A DNA stretch of 64,000 bases, taken from the NCBI RefSeq assembly GCF_006345805.1, contig NC_043008.1, positions 73,966,001 through 74,030,000 on the forward strand. The letters are read 5' to 3'. A program made the position numbers and the translations under genes. Numbering within the stretch: the stretch's first letter is position 1; every line of letters starts with the position of its first letter. The DNA comes from Octopus sinensis (Eukaryota). Of this stretch, positions 36,426 through 50,490 are shown piece after piece. Below the pieces are notes generated by a model that saw only the letters and a list, made by a program, of their open reading frames with translations, searched no databases and was not told the origin of the DNA.

Positions 36426-37693
36426 CAGGGGTTGGACAAAATAATGGAAACACCTAGCATCATAGCATCGTAATTTTGTAACATCTAAAAAATCGTCAAA
36501 AGGTTGTTTATTGTTATGTTTTTTTAAAATTTATTATTAGTGTTGCTCATTATATTTTGCTAAAGTTTTTGTCTCTTTTCAGATATCACCAGGAAAAGGT
36601 AATTAAAATTCATTAAAATGATAGATCTATCGGTCTTTCAAAGAGGTCAAATTGTTGGTGCTCGTATGGCAGGCGCTAGCGTAACAAAAACAGACGAAAT
36701 GTTTGGTGTATCAAGAAGTACTGTTTCGAAAGTATTGACAGCCTTTGAGAAAGAGGGAAAAAACCTCCTCGTCAAAACAAAAATCTGGAAGAAATCAAAA
36801 ACATTCAGATAGGGACTGTCGAACTCTTACGCGAATTGTTAGAAAGGATCAGAATAGTACAGCTCCCAAAATTACTACAGAGCTTAATGACCACCTCGAG
36901 AACCCAATTTCCACAAAAACAGTTCGCCGGGAGCTGCACAAACCGGATTTTATGGAAGGGCTGCAGTCAGAAAACCACTACTTTCAAAAACAAACGTTGC
37001 AATGCACATAGAGATTGGTGTAAAAACCTACAGAATTGGTCCCTAGAGAAGTGGGACAATATTATTTTCTCATCCTTTACTTTATTTCCGACCACCGGCC
37101 GAGTATACGTTTGGAAACAACCAAAAGAAGCATTTGACACAGATTGCTTTCTTCCAACTGTTAAATATGGAGGCAGATCTGCGATGATCTGGGAGGCTAT
37201 ATCTTGGAAATTCCCCAGCCCAATGGTTTCCCTTCATGGCAGAATTAATAATCAAGACTATTTAAGTATTATATTTGATCAAATTCATGCTATGATTGCG
37301 GAACTGTTTCCGGAGAGAAACGCAATCTTTCAGGATGATAATCCACCAACTCACACAGCTAAATTGTTACTGAATGACACGGGGAACATTCTAGTGAAGT
37401 TGAACAGCTTATCTGACCAACACAGTCCACAGATCTCAATATTACTGAACATTTGTGGGGCATTTTAGAAAAACATATAAGGAGTCGATATCTTCCAGCA
37501 TCATCACTACAAGGACTGGAGACTGTTTTAGATGATGAATGGACAAAAATTCCTTTGGAAACAATTCCAACTTTGTTCAAGTTCATACCGCGTAGAATTC
37601 AAGCTGTAATTACTGACAAACACGATCCTACCACATATCGAAATAAATTTGTTTTAAATTTTAAGGTGTTTCCATAATTTTGTCCAACCCCTA
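36426..37693 (+). mobile_element. Tc1 (DD34E) DNA transposon, full-length, inactive
   Basis: TA|CAGGGGTTGGACAAAATAATGGAAACACCT (36426-36455) and AGGTGTTTCCATAATTTTGTCCAACCCCTA|TA (37664-37693): 28/30 TIR match with TA flanks. Confidence 0.95.
36618..37677 (+). pseudogene. Tc1 transposase, frameshifted
   Basis: HTH DLSVFQRGQIVGARMAGASVTK...VSRSTVSKV; second HTH TAPKITTELN...STKTVRRELH; catalytic region IIFS(-)SFTLFPTTGRVYVW, IFQDDN...H, STDLNITEHLW. Confidence 0.92.
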
Positions 37694-37722
37694 TATATAC
37701 AGATATATATGTGTGTATGTGC

Positions 37723-37773
<51 letters not shown>

Positions 37774-38294
37774 TGAAATGCGTTTTTACCGCTTGGTTCG
37801 CTTTCAATGCCACTACATCCCGTCCGATTCGCTCCAAAATTTACAGGGACATGTAGAATGAGGTGACGATGCGCGTGGGCTACCTTAGAAATCCTTAGCT
37901 TAAAAGGTGTGGTTGCTAGAGGCCATATTCCTACCTCACCCTATTTCCTCCAGTACTCTGTCACTCCTCTTCATATGACAATGCAACTACCGTTATTTAA
38001 TGTAAAGTCTTCCTCAAATCACTCTGTCGCTATTTACTCTCTTCCAAGAACATTTTCACTCACTCTATCTCTTACCTTCCTATACATTTTACTCATGTAT
38101 CTATCAGCGTTCATGGACAGTAACAAATATTACATCGCCATCCCCATCGCATTCTATTGTCTACCTCTCAACACACACACACACACATATATATACATAT
38201 ATCTAATATTATATTTTTATTTTTATGTTTGCGTTTTTTTTACTGTTTCATTTCCCTTTTAGTGGTTTGATCTCTAATTTAATTTCTACAGCGT

Positions 38295-38362
<68 letters not shown>

Positions 38363-38660
38363 CTATATGTGGGCCCCATACACACGAATGAAATCGGGTT
38401 CTCTTCATCAAAATGTGAAAAGGGGTCTACAATTATCATCGCCACAACTTATGTATGTCTTCCTCACTCACTCTTTTTCCTAATGATAATTATCATCGCC
38501 ACCACCACCACCACCAACACACAATCATGACAATCTTTCTCTTAAAACAAATCATGTTTACATTGCAAAATCTTAAAACAAATCATGTTTACATTGCAAC
38601 GACGTCTGCCACCTCCGCCCTCTCTATTTATTCTGCTACGAAAATAAAAATAAACAAAAT

Positions 38661-41600
38661 ATGCCACGACCTTCAAATGTTGCTTCGACAACAACTGAAA
38701 ATCTCAGTGTCCCCGGACCTTCATGGACTGTTACAACAACAATAACGGAAAACCTCAATGTCCCTGGACCTTCAAGACCCGTTGCGAAAACAGTACTCGA
38801 AAACCCCCATGTCGACAGACATTCTACAAAGCCTAATTATCATTCAGAGAAGTATGAACATTTTTACACATACAAAATTCATGGACAGTGCTACCATGAA
38901 ATGGGAAGTCTTCGGCCGATTCCTGGTAAAGAGCCTACATTCATGCAGGTTTCCTTTGTTGGTGGTCACGATGAGGAACTTGCTATCAGGAAAAAAAATA
39001 ATCCAAAACTTGAGCAACGTGTAATTGAAGTACTTCAGATGATGCTCCACCAGACTCATCCTTATGTTCGTGAGTTCAAAAATGCAATGGATACGTTGGA
39101 TTCTCAACCTCATTTAAAATTGGTGATACATGCCGACAAAACTCCTGCCGGTGAGCACCCTGGTCGTTTCAACGCTCCAACTACGAATGAAGTTGCAGCA
39201 CTCATGGTCGATGAGGTCCATGGAAATCGTGACATAATCCTCCGTCACCGCGACGAAGACGTGACTTTTGTTTCAGAATTACACCGATGTTACGATTGCT
39301 TGCAGTACCCTCTCCTTTTTCCTCATGGAGAGGATGGATACCACTTAGAAATTCAAAAGGTTGATCCCACAATTCTCACACTTCTTGACAAGAAGGTTTC
39401 CTGCAAGGCATTTTACGCCTATTGACTCATGGTGCGAGAAAACGATTTCAATTTAGTACTAAGGTGCCACTCTTTGACCAATCAGTTTTTGGTCGACATG
39501 TATTGTAAAGTTGAGTCCGAACGTTTAAAATACATTCGTTCTCACCAGGACCAATTAAGAGCAACAGAATACGTTAATCTAGAGGATGCAATGCGTCAAG
39601 ACAATGATGCAGCCAACGTAGGAAACGTATTATTCTTCCTTCAACATTTATTGGCTCACCTCCGTATATGAATAAACAAATGCAGGACGCAATGACATAC
39701 CTCGGTAAGTTTGGAAAGCCGGACCTCTTCATTACATTTACCTGCAATCCTACCTGGCCAGAGATTAAAGACAATGTGTTCGCTGGGCAGCTGCCAGAGC
39801 ACAGACATGACATTGTGGCGCGCGTTTTTCATGCCAAGTTGAAGAAAATGCTATTTTTAATGAAAGTTTTGCATATTTTTGGCCCACTGTCTGCTTGGAT
39901 GTATACTGTGGAATGGCAGAAGAGAGGTCTTCCACACGTTCATATGCTAGCCTGGTGTCACGATAGAATCCACCCTGTGGATATTGACTGAATTATATCT
40001 GCTGAGTTGCCCGATCAAAATGCTGATCCTCAGCTGCACAGCAGTGTGACAAAGCATATGATTCGCGGTCCATGTGGTGAATTTAATCCGAGAAGTCCAT
40101 GCATGAAGAATAAAAGATGTTCGAAGCGGTACCCTAGAGACTTTTGCGGTCAAACCTGCACTATGAATGACGGATATCCCATCTACCGAAGGCGTGACCC
40201 AGGTTTGCGTGGCCGCACAGCTACAATTAGACAACGGCTAAAAACATTCGATGTTGATAATGCCTGGATCGTTCCATTCAACCCTTTGCTTTCCAAAACA
40301 TTTAATGCACACATTAATGTTGAGTACTGCAGTTCGGTGAGATGCATACGATACCTCTGCAAGTACATTAATAAGGGCGATGATATGGCCGTGTTTGTAT
40401 TCAGTGATGAAAACCTTAGACATGACGAAATTAAACAATTCGTTTTAGTAGGTATGTATCCTCCAATTATGCAGCGTGGCGCATTTTTGGATACGAGATT
40501 CATCTAAGCTCACCAACAGTTTTCCACCTGAATGTTCATTTACAGAAGAGACAGCTGGTTTACTTCACAGAGAAAAATGCACGTCAAGTCATTGAAAATC
40601 CAAAAGGGACTACGCTTACAGCATTTTTTAAATTGTGTTCAGTTGATGAGTTTGCTGCTACTCTCATTTACCCTGAAGTACCGGAATATTACACATACAA
40701 CAACAATAATTGGAAGCGCAGGTCACATGGAACAGAACTTGACAATTGGCCTGGTGTTTCTAGGAAGAACGTCATTGGACGTGTGTATAATATTCATCCT
40801 ACCAAACAGGAAATCTTCTTTTTGAGAATGCTACTTCATGTAGTTACTGGACCGAAGTCTTTTGCTGATCTTCGCACGGTTGATGGTATCATCTGCGCCA
40901 CTTACAGGGAAGCATGTTTGAGGCGCAGACTTCTTCTCAATGACGACCACTTACACAGGACATTAGCAGAGGCCTCGAATTGTAAACTGCCATGGCAAAT
41001 GCGTCGATTGTTTTGTAGCATATTAATCCACTGTAATCCCAGCAACCCTCTTAACCTTTGGGAATCGTTCAGACAGAGCCTATCAAAGGACATACAGGCT
41101 AATTTAGCGCTACCTGATGGCAACGACGATGTTTATAATGAGGCATTAATCGACATGGACAGACACATCAGACGCTATGTTATACGCGGTTTAAGTGAAT
41201 TCCATCTGCCAACACCTGTCCATCATGAAGCGCCTTTGGATGTTGAATACATGTCAGAAAAAAACTACAACATTGCCGAATTGACGGAAACAATTACGCG
41301 AGATGAACCAAGACTTTTGCCTGAACAAAGAGAGATTTATAATGAAATTATTGACAGCGTTACATTGAACCAAGGAAAGTTTTCTTTTTGAATGCTCCAG
41401 GTGGTACTGGTAAAACTTTCGTTATCAATTTAATTCTCGCAAAGCTGCGCGCTGAACGCCGAATTGCCATTGCATGTGCCTCAAGTGGTATTGCAGCGAC
41501 ACTGCTTCAAGGCGGCCGTACGGCATATAGTGCATTCAAATTGCCCATGGACATTGGAAAGAAAGATAATCCTATATGTAATATAGATCGTAGTTCCTCA

Positions 41601-42680
41601 AGAGCAAGACTTCTTCGTGAATGCAGTCTTTTTATTTGGGATGAGGCTACAATGAGTAATAAGGCCATGTTTGAAGCTCTTGACAGAACTCTCCAAGATT
41701 TGCGTCACAATACAAAAATAATGGGTGGGGCTACGTTTCTCATGGCAGGAGATTTTCGACAAACTCTTCCTGTTGTCCGAGCAGGCACTAGAGCCGATGA
41801 GGTTAATGCATGTATAAAGCATTCTTATGTGTGGCACAGTGTTATCATTCGCCATCTTCAAACAAACATGAGAGCCCACCTTCATTGTGATGTGGAGTCT
41901 GAGGCTTTCGCAAAACACCTATTAGATCTTGGTGATGGAGTTTTGCCTTTCGTTGATGATGAGCATATTCGGTTGCCTTTTGGGAATTTCGTTCCAAATG
42001 TAGAGGAACTTATAAGGGCCGTTTTACCTGACGTCGAAACAAACTTCCAGGATCTCGATTGGCTAAGAGCAAGAGCTATTCTATCGCCTCATAATACAAC
42101 AGCTGATGCTACAAATAAACAAGTACTTGATATCATTCCTGGTGAGATAGTTTCTTTCATGTCCATCGATACAAATAAAGATGACAATGATGCAGTCAAA
42201 TATCCACCCGAGCTACTCAACAAGCTAACACCTCCGGGACTTCCACCTCATCATTTGTGTTTGAAAGTTGGTGCTCCAATCATGGTGCTCAGAAATATGG
42301 AAACGCCTGAAATATGCAATGGAACACCAATGGTTATAAGGAGGATTCAAAGCCATGTAATAACTGCTGAAATTTTGAGTGGACCATTTGTAGGAACAAT
42401 CAAGATGATACATAAAATGAGTATTTCACCCTCTGATGTTCCGATTCAGTTTAAACGCTTTCAATTTCCGATAAAACTATGCTTCGCGATGACAATCAAC
42501 AAGTCACAGGGACAATCACTGGACATTGTAGGCATTAACCTGTCACAACCGGTTTTCAGCCATGGTCAATTGTACGTAGCCTGTTCTCGAGTTGGAAATC
42601 CACATAAACTCTTCATTCTTGGCAATCATGAGCGCACAAGGAACGTGGTTTATCAGGAGGCTCTGACAAAAGAAAACTGA
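38661..42680 (+). pseudogene. Helitron RepHel transposase (HUH-Y2 Rep and PIF1 helicase), disrupted by 2 nonsense codons and several frameshifts
   Basis: Rep motifs DLFITFTCNP, VEWQKRGLPHVHML (HUH), YLCKYINKG. Helicase motifs GGTGKT, IWDEATM, GDFRQTLPV, FAMTINKSQGQSL, HGQLYVACSRV. The last ORF (41388-42680, 430 aa) is open. Confidence 0.96.
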
Positions 42681-42937
42681 TTGTAAGTCATGAAATTTTG
42701 CTTGATTTTTTATTTTGCACCTCTTCATTCTTGAAAATAAAGACATTAAAAAGAACATGCTTCATAAAGAACATCGGGTTCACATGTTTGCAAACATTTG
42801 ATCCAACTCATTCTCTTTATTCCTCATTTTCCAATTCCTTCTACGTCTCCATTAAACGGTTTTGTCAAGTTATTGTTTCTTCGCTAACATAAGACATTCA
42901 TAAAGTGAATGAGTTGTTAATTACATTTTATACACTA

Positions 42938-43292
42938 CTAGCAGTACCGCCCGGCGTTGCTCGGGTTTGTAAGGGAAATAACTATAAAGCATTTTTAGAG
43001 AGTTATAGCCAAAAAATGGAAAAAAATGATGGTAAAAAAGGTCGAGTTGCATCCCCTAGACAGTCTGTGGTTTGTGTTTCTGATTCTCGACCCCATGTCG
43101 AATTTATCGATTGTTTTCAGAACTGGGGGAACTTTTCAAAATTTTCGCTGCTTTAGTTTTGAATTATGACATTGGACTATGTGTGTGTCAAGTTTCATCA
43201 GAATCGGTTGAAAGCCGTGGTCAGGGTGAGGGTACAACCTAACAGACACACAGAAACACACACAGACAAACTGCCGCTTATATATAGAGAGA
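42938..43292 (-). mobile_element. Non-autonomous Helitron, second family, nested antisense in the Helitron 3' region
   Basis: A|CTAGCAGTACCGCCCGGCGTTGCTCGGG at 42938 is near-identical to 18421. 5' A|TCTCTCTATATATAAG at 43292. Only the ~100 bp nearest the 3' end is shared with the 18421 copy. Confidence 0.85.
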
Positions 43293-43906
43293 TTCCATTG
43301 TTTAGGTGGTGTCGAAAGGACTGGCATGTGTCACCATATAAACTCTCTCAGTCAAACTCCCAACTCATGAGTTCACGTCGTGATACTCTTTCTACAAAAC
43401 TGAGCTGGGTGTGAATTCTAATTTCATTCACTATTACAGATTTTTTTTTTAAACAAACACATTGCCTCTTTCGTTTTAAAACAATAAAACAATACTACCT
43501 TAATACATTGGTCCAACAAACAAAACGTCCAACACTCACATTCTTTTATGTATCTGTCTTCCTCCATCACTCACTCACTTTTCTCCCTTCCTTTCACATT
43601 CTATCTATAACGTCGTTTCACAGCGTCTACCTCCCTTACATTCACTTTCTCTATATAACGTCGTTTCACAGCGTCCGTTATCCCTCCTCCCTGCCTTCCA
43701 CAGCGCTTTCACACACTCTCACTCTCTACATCTGTCTGCATTCATAGAGAGAATTATCATCGCCACGACCACCACTCAATCATGACAACAAATATTATGA
43801 ATCAGATATTTATTGGGTTAATTTATATGTGTGTGTGTGTATCTATATATAAATATGTATATATAATAATTTTTATATATACAAAGTGCATATATCTGTA
43901 TTTATT

Positions 43907-43938
<32 letters not shown>

Positions 43939-44004
43939 ATTTGTATACATTTATATATATATACCACGCTCTTACCCGCGCGTAGAGCGGGTCCCTTCAG
44001 CTAG

Positions 44005-44086
<82 letters not shown>

Positions 44087-45039
44087 ATATACACATGCAT
44101 ATGACATCAAATGTGATGAAATGAAAGCATAACGTGAATGAGGTCATCAGGGAATTTATTGAATGCTATGTTGTTTGTTGATAACTTATATATTCTTAAG
44201 GCTGCACAAAAATAGCGTAAATATTTAATGAATATATGTATTCTGTACTAATATATTTCAGACAAAAATAACTAAATATATGGATGGTATGGAGAAGGAA
44301 TTTAACTTGATGGTAATAAATATTGCAGCATTTTCAAAAATGGTTAAATATTTCGAATTATATATTGAGGTGGTGAAAGGAATTCGTGTATTTTTTCCTT
44401 CGTAAAGAGTGACTTCTTCAGTTACCGTTTACATATAATTTCAAACTCTCAATGATTTTCTATTTTATATTATAAACGTCCGCGTTTTGTTTTAGTTCTG
44501 TTGTCGAAGAGATGTATTAAGCAGTTTTGCAATTCACTCCAGTTAAATTTCAGTCAGTCAATCTCTTCGAAATAAAGAAGTGCCTGACTCCATGCTGTGA
44601 ATTATCACGTTTTGTTAGTTAATGTTTATCATTGATAATTATTAAGAATTAATTTTCATGGTATAAATAGTTGTGTTTATGTGTCCAATTATGTATATGT
44701 CTTTAAATACCTCTGTTTTGAATTCGTGCCTGATTTTCTTTTTTGTTTTTATATAGATTGTAAATTGTAAAGCAGGTTGTAATTGTTTATTCTCAATTGA
44801 AGAGAATTTATCCTTTATTATCTTATCGAACAAATACTTGATAAATAACAAATAAGAAATATGCTATACAGAGATTTAATTCCATTGACTACAATAACAT
44901 TGACAATATATATATATACAATAACAAATTTTTATATTGCTAGCAATAACGTCTACATCGCTGAGAAACGCAACAAAACCTGCAGAACAAAATACTCAAC
45001 AACACAACAACTTGTACATAGAAGCGCATGCGTAAACGT

Positions 45040-45400
45040 GCGGTAAGAAATTTGCATGCCAACCACATGGAACAGGATCCACTCCTACTGCATGACAGTT
45101 CGAGTAGGTGCCGACGAAAGTTTTCTTGGTGGACTTGGCAGAGAGAAACTAAACGTAGACCGTCGTATTTATATAAGTGTGTGTGCATGCCTTTGCGTCT
45201 GTGCTTGTCCTATACCCCCGCTTGACAACCCCTGTTTGTGTGTCTACGTCCCTGTAAGTTAGCAGTAAGACAAAATATTGCGATAGGATACGCGCCAGGT
45301 TTAACAAACAAAAATAAGAACTGATGTCGATGTGTTAGACTAAAATTCTTCAGGACTGTAGTCTAATGACTGAAACAAGTAAAAGATAAATGATAAGATG
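45040..45400 (+). mobile_element. SINE family A, old diverged copy
   Basis: CCAACCACATGG...GAAACTAAA...CCGTCGTAT...GCTTGACAACC...AATGACTGAAACAAGTAAAAGA. Confidence 0.7.
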
Positions 45401-45622
45401 CTTAGGAGAACTTTATCATTTGGTAGAAATATACTGGCCCGAACTGACTGAAAGATCAGTCTAATCAGCAGACTCCGATCTCTTAAAAAAGATACCATAA
45501 AAGAGAACATAGATATCACTAATACAAGAGTATTATCGAGAATGAAATTATATCTATAATAAGTATTTGTGAGTGTATATATGAATGTGTGTATGTATTT
45601 ATCTATATGTATATACACATAT

Positions 45623-45670
<48 letters not shown>

Positions 45671-45692
45671 CATACATATGCATATACATATT

Positions 45693-46125
<433 letters not shown>

Positions 46126-46126
46126 G

Positions 46127-46207
<81 letters not shown>

Positions 46208-46272
46208 TATTATATATATATATATATGCATATATACATACGTATATGTACATACATCTATACATATATATA

Positions 46273-46317
<45 letters not shown>

Positions 46318-46412
46318 CGTGCACACATAATGCTGTACATTACACATATACATATTATTGTTAGTATTATTACGCATTAAAAAGGAATGGATGTGCTCAT
46401 AATTATTTACAG

Positions 46413-46500
46413 GACCTTCCTGGTTGATGGGAAGGAAAGTACAAGGTGTCTCAAAAGCGTGAAGCCTGATTCGAATCCTTACAACTGGATCAGGAAGTGA
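46413..46500 (+). other. Candidate terminal coding exon of an unidentified host gene
   Basis: TATTTACAG acceptor, open frame (R)TFLVDGKESTRCLKSVKPDSNPYNWIRK*, non-repetitive composition, AATAAA ~250 bp downstream. Protein not recognised. Confidence 0.3.
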
Positions 46501-49500
46501 CTTAAAGTTGAGCCTGACATTCAGTCTATCTCTCACATATACATGTTGATGTAATGTTGTCTAAGTGTGCCAAAAATTATTGTACTTATATATGGTATAA
46601 ATGTAGTACCGTATTGCCATAAAGTAAAAAATTTGCAAGCAAATACGTGGAACATTTAGAAAAATAATGCACTTATACAGATTAAAGAACAGAAAATTGA
46701 TATGTTTGTTAGATAAGACCTTAATTTCTTACGTAAGATAAAACAAAAACAAAAATAATAAAGCTGATAAAGTAATCGTTTGTGCAAGACTTATGTTCAA
46801 TTAGTTTCAATATATTTAATAACTAATAAATCTTGATAAATATATTCCCAATGGTGTGACAACGAATTGATTTAATTGTGTGAATGACACTTGAGTTGTT
46901 AAGCAAGAAGAAACAAATCTAGAATGGGCGAATAGCAAGTCGTGATTATGTATTAATCAGTTAATTCTATAAGAATACTATTCCTTGTCATCTCAGAAAT
47001 AATACTGAATTATCAATTATTTGCAATGAAATATGTTTTGCAAATAATATAATTTTCGGAGAATAATTTCTAAGTTAATTAAGTAACTCTTAAATAATAT
47101 GGCAGCAGAAATCCTAAAAGATGCATGGATGTAAAACGTAAAGGAATACAGACTTCGAAATTTTTCCAAAGTATTCTGGGGTTTTTTTCTGTTTTTTTTT
47201 TTCTGTACTACTGAATAGCAGAAATTGCTTAAATCTGATGTAGCAATGCGCAGCTTGTTTTCTAACGGCATGTATCACACATCAAACAAAAAGTGAGTGT
47301 CTACATTAATATAATAGCTGAAAGTGTATATAAGTAACTGACGTAACAGTTTAATATATACTACATGAAAGTTATAGCTGATTGTGGAAGGCCGTATGTA
47401 AAACCATTCAAAGAACGGCTTGATGTATAACACAGTTGAGTATATGAATAATTTAACATACAGCTTTATGTATAACATGTTGAATAAAATCTTGAATGTG
47501 AGAAGAATTAAATATAGAAATTATTTATAAACCCCAAAACTAACAACTTATTTGCGGACTTCATTCTTTCCCTAAATTTGTGGCAAAGGCAAATAGTTGT
47601 TTTCTTTATGAAAATTAAAATGTTGCCAATTAATCAAAGCCGACTCGACTAATTATAGCCGAGGGAATCCTTGGTTGTTACTGTACCAGTGATAAACATC
47701 AGGCTTTATCCTAAAGTGATAAATTCATTTGCTGAAAATAATTTCAGTTTGGAGGAATTATTATCCGTTTTTTTTTTAAATGTCTCTTATTGTTGCGTTA
47801 TGTTTTTGAATTCTTTCACTAAGAGTAATATTTCCTGTAAATTATTTCTTTCTCAAGTAAATATGTTTCTTCCTCAGTCAGATCAGCCGATTCCACTTAG
47901 TTTTATAAATTTATGCCATTGGCTCACTTGAATCATTTCTCTTGCGCCAATATCTCGGTGTTCGTAGCACTGTCCACAGAGGTATCACACTTGTGGTCAA
48001 AATGTTACTTTCAATATACTAGCACATTCTGCAAGTTTTATCGGTTCACTAGAAAAACTCTGGCTTTCCAGCAATATGTTCCACGCTTAAATTTATAATC
48101 TTTAACTTTTGAATTATATCTTGAAATTAATCGAGAAAATCTACTCATTTTCATGTTCTGAATTAATCCCAGCAGTAACTTCTCATCCCAAAACATGTGT
48201 CGAATCAAAGTTTTAGTGAACAACAGAGCCGATACTAAGTAAAATGTCTCAATTTGAAATACATGAATAGAAAAAGTTTCGGGTCCAATAATATGCATTA
48301 CTATTATATTAATGTCTTTTTATTTTGGATCAGTAATTGACTACACACATGCTTGATGGCAAAACGAAATCATGAGATGGATTTATGGGACAACTCAGGA
48401 ATCCAGTACAAGTACTCACTGACCACTTTTCCGTATTCATCTCTGTTATCCGTGTCTCTTTTTCTTTTCCCTCCCACTTTCACATTTATTTAAATCGTTC
48501 CTATCCCTCTTAAATATAATACTTTGTACGCCATCCTCCACAAACCTCTATGTTTTATTTCCATAAAATAAACTTCGCCTGAAATATTTCGTTTACTTTT
48601 ACTTTCCAGAATCTTAAGCATCTGGTACTTTCGCATTGTTCAAATTTCTTTACAGATATCAAACTGGAGACGTTCAAGTTGGACATTAGCCATTCAGGCT
48701 TCACTAGTCTGATTCAGGCTTATGCCACTGTACCTTTCTGGTTCTAATGAAAATATGATTAAAACTTGCTTTTGTTACAGCTTCTGCAAAACTGCAATTA
48801 CTGTTCATATGAACTTTCAATGCCAACAATACGATCTACTATTCCATAAACATATATATTATAATACCGCGCATCAAACACTGAGTAAAAGCAGGAATAC
48901 TTTTCATAGTTGACGCTCTAAAACAGTTTGAATGATTTGTAGTCTTCCCATATTCTTTTATATATTTTATTAAATCTGGTAATTGGTGAGAGAAAACTTG
49001 TAGTCGGTTTGAAGTCTGATACGAAAATATGCCAGTTCGAAACTAACTTTGAAATATTTAGTCAATCCTCTGACAAAATACTTTATCGCTCACTCTTGGG
49101 TTTCTTTACATTTACTTATATTCAGAAGAAACATAATATACATATTCAGATTATGCAGAGGTGATGGCTGGCAAAAAATGTCATTTTAAAACTGCTTTGT
49201 ATATTTTTTTCTGGAAATTTAACAAATCATTTAGGTTGAGGTAACGCTATTAATATGCTATAAAACAGTAGCGCATGGCTACACATTTACAGGGGAAGGA
49301 TCCATTCAATTGTATTAGACCCCTAGTATCATATAGGATCGTGCTAGTAAGTGTTTTATAAAACCTGGCGGTGGCGGTGAGCTATGAAATTCAACTAAAC
49401 AAAGCTTAGACTGAAAAGAAACGGTGCATTGAATATCTCTAAGTATTATGTCCGGTTTCCACAAGCAACCTACTTCCTCCCTTTCAAATTACAGCTCGTG

Positions 49501-50282
49501 AACAGAATGAGATTGAATAAAGTAAATACTTTAAATAACTTTCCATGTTAATTATGACAGTTATAAATGCGAAGTCTCTGCCAATGAGACAATTGCGATA
49601 ACATGCCTGACTTGTTCGGTGATGCTAAACTACAGAAAATCTGATTCTCCGGACCAGTTTCCGTTTCCGTAATATCAGCGATTACTCTTCATTTATTCTA
49701 TTCTCGTCCTTTCACATTAACATTTTCAGTAGTTTACTTGAAACTAATCATTGTCTTGATTCACAGTAATTTACAGAGATAACATTTTTCCTTGGTTTAA
49801 GCGGTATTAAATGAATGGGACTATTTAGGATTTGCATTTTTGTGGATAGCTATCACACTAGTAAAATTACAGTCCATATAGCAAGACATTCAGTCACCCG
49901 TTTCACATTTGTGTCGCTAATTTTACTTAGGTGTTAAACTACTGTAGTGTTCCTACTTAATGATAAATTAATTGGGTTGTTGTAAAGATTTGTTGACTGC
50001 AGCAACATGATGGCATGAAGTGGGGTACTGACCGCTTTCCTGGTTTTTCCAGTTTCGTATTGATTTGCCTTGTGAAGAGAAATGGTGTGTTGTGAGGTCC
50101 ATAATTTTCCTAATCAAATTAGATGATGGAAAGACATTCAGTCATCTATATATTTTGAGATGGATTATAGACTTTAAGGTTTTATCTCTCACTCAAATCT
50201 CCCATAAAAATATATCGTTGATACACAATGGTCGTTTAGAAAAAAGTTTTTACGGTTGTTGTCATAGATCGTGAAAATAAGC

Positions 50283-50490
50283 CTTTCTATCATAGACACA
50301 AGGCCTGAAATTTTGATGAAGGGACCAAGTAGATTAGATCAATCACAGCGATCAACTATTGCCTATTTCATCGACCGTGGAAATATGTAAAGCAAAGTCG
50401 AACTCAGTGGTATTTGACCACACAGCGTAAAAACGGACGAAATCCCACTAATCATTTTGTCTGGCGTGCTAATGATTCTATGAGCTCTCA
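50283..50490 (-). mobile_element. SINE family B
   Basis: TTTCTATCATAGACACAAGGCCTGAAATTTTG...AAAGTCGAACTCAGTGGTATTTGA...GGCGTGCTAATGATTCT; tRNA-like head on the minus strand. Confidence 0.75.

Larger units (their letters stand above)
37760..44004 (+). mobile_element. Formerly autonomous Helitron (Rep-PIF1 helicase), near full-length
   Basis: The 5' sequence matches 17501 onward; the TC is lost in a TA tract, so the start is approximate. 3' hairpin ACCCGC-GCGTAGA-GCGGGT (43974-43992) and CTAG|T (44001-44004). RepHel coding sequence at 38661-42680. Confidence 0.93.

Noticed and set aside
44345-44428. Minus-strand CTGAAGA...GAAA-TA-TT motif
   Set aside because: No credible helix II, and helix I is mismatched next to the core.
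47880-48300. Possible hAT transposase fragment (LCGQCY..GA..M) on the minus strand
   Set aside because: A single short motif; the surrounding frames are full of stops and no second motif was found.
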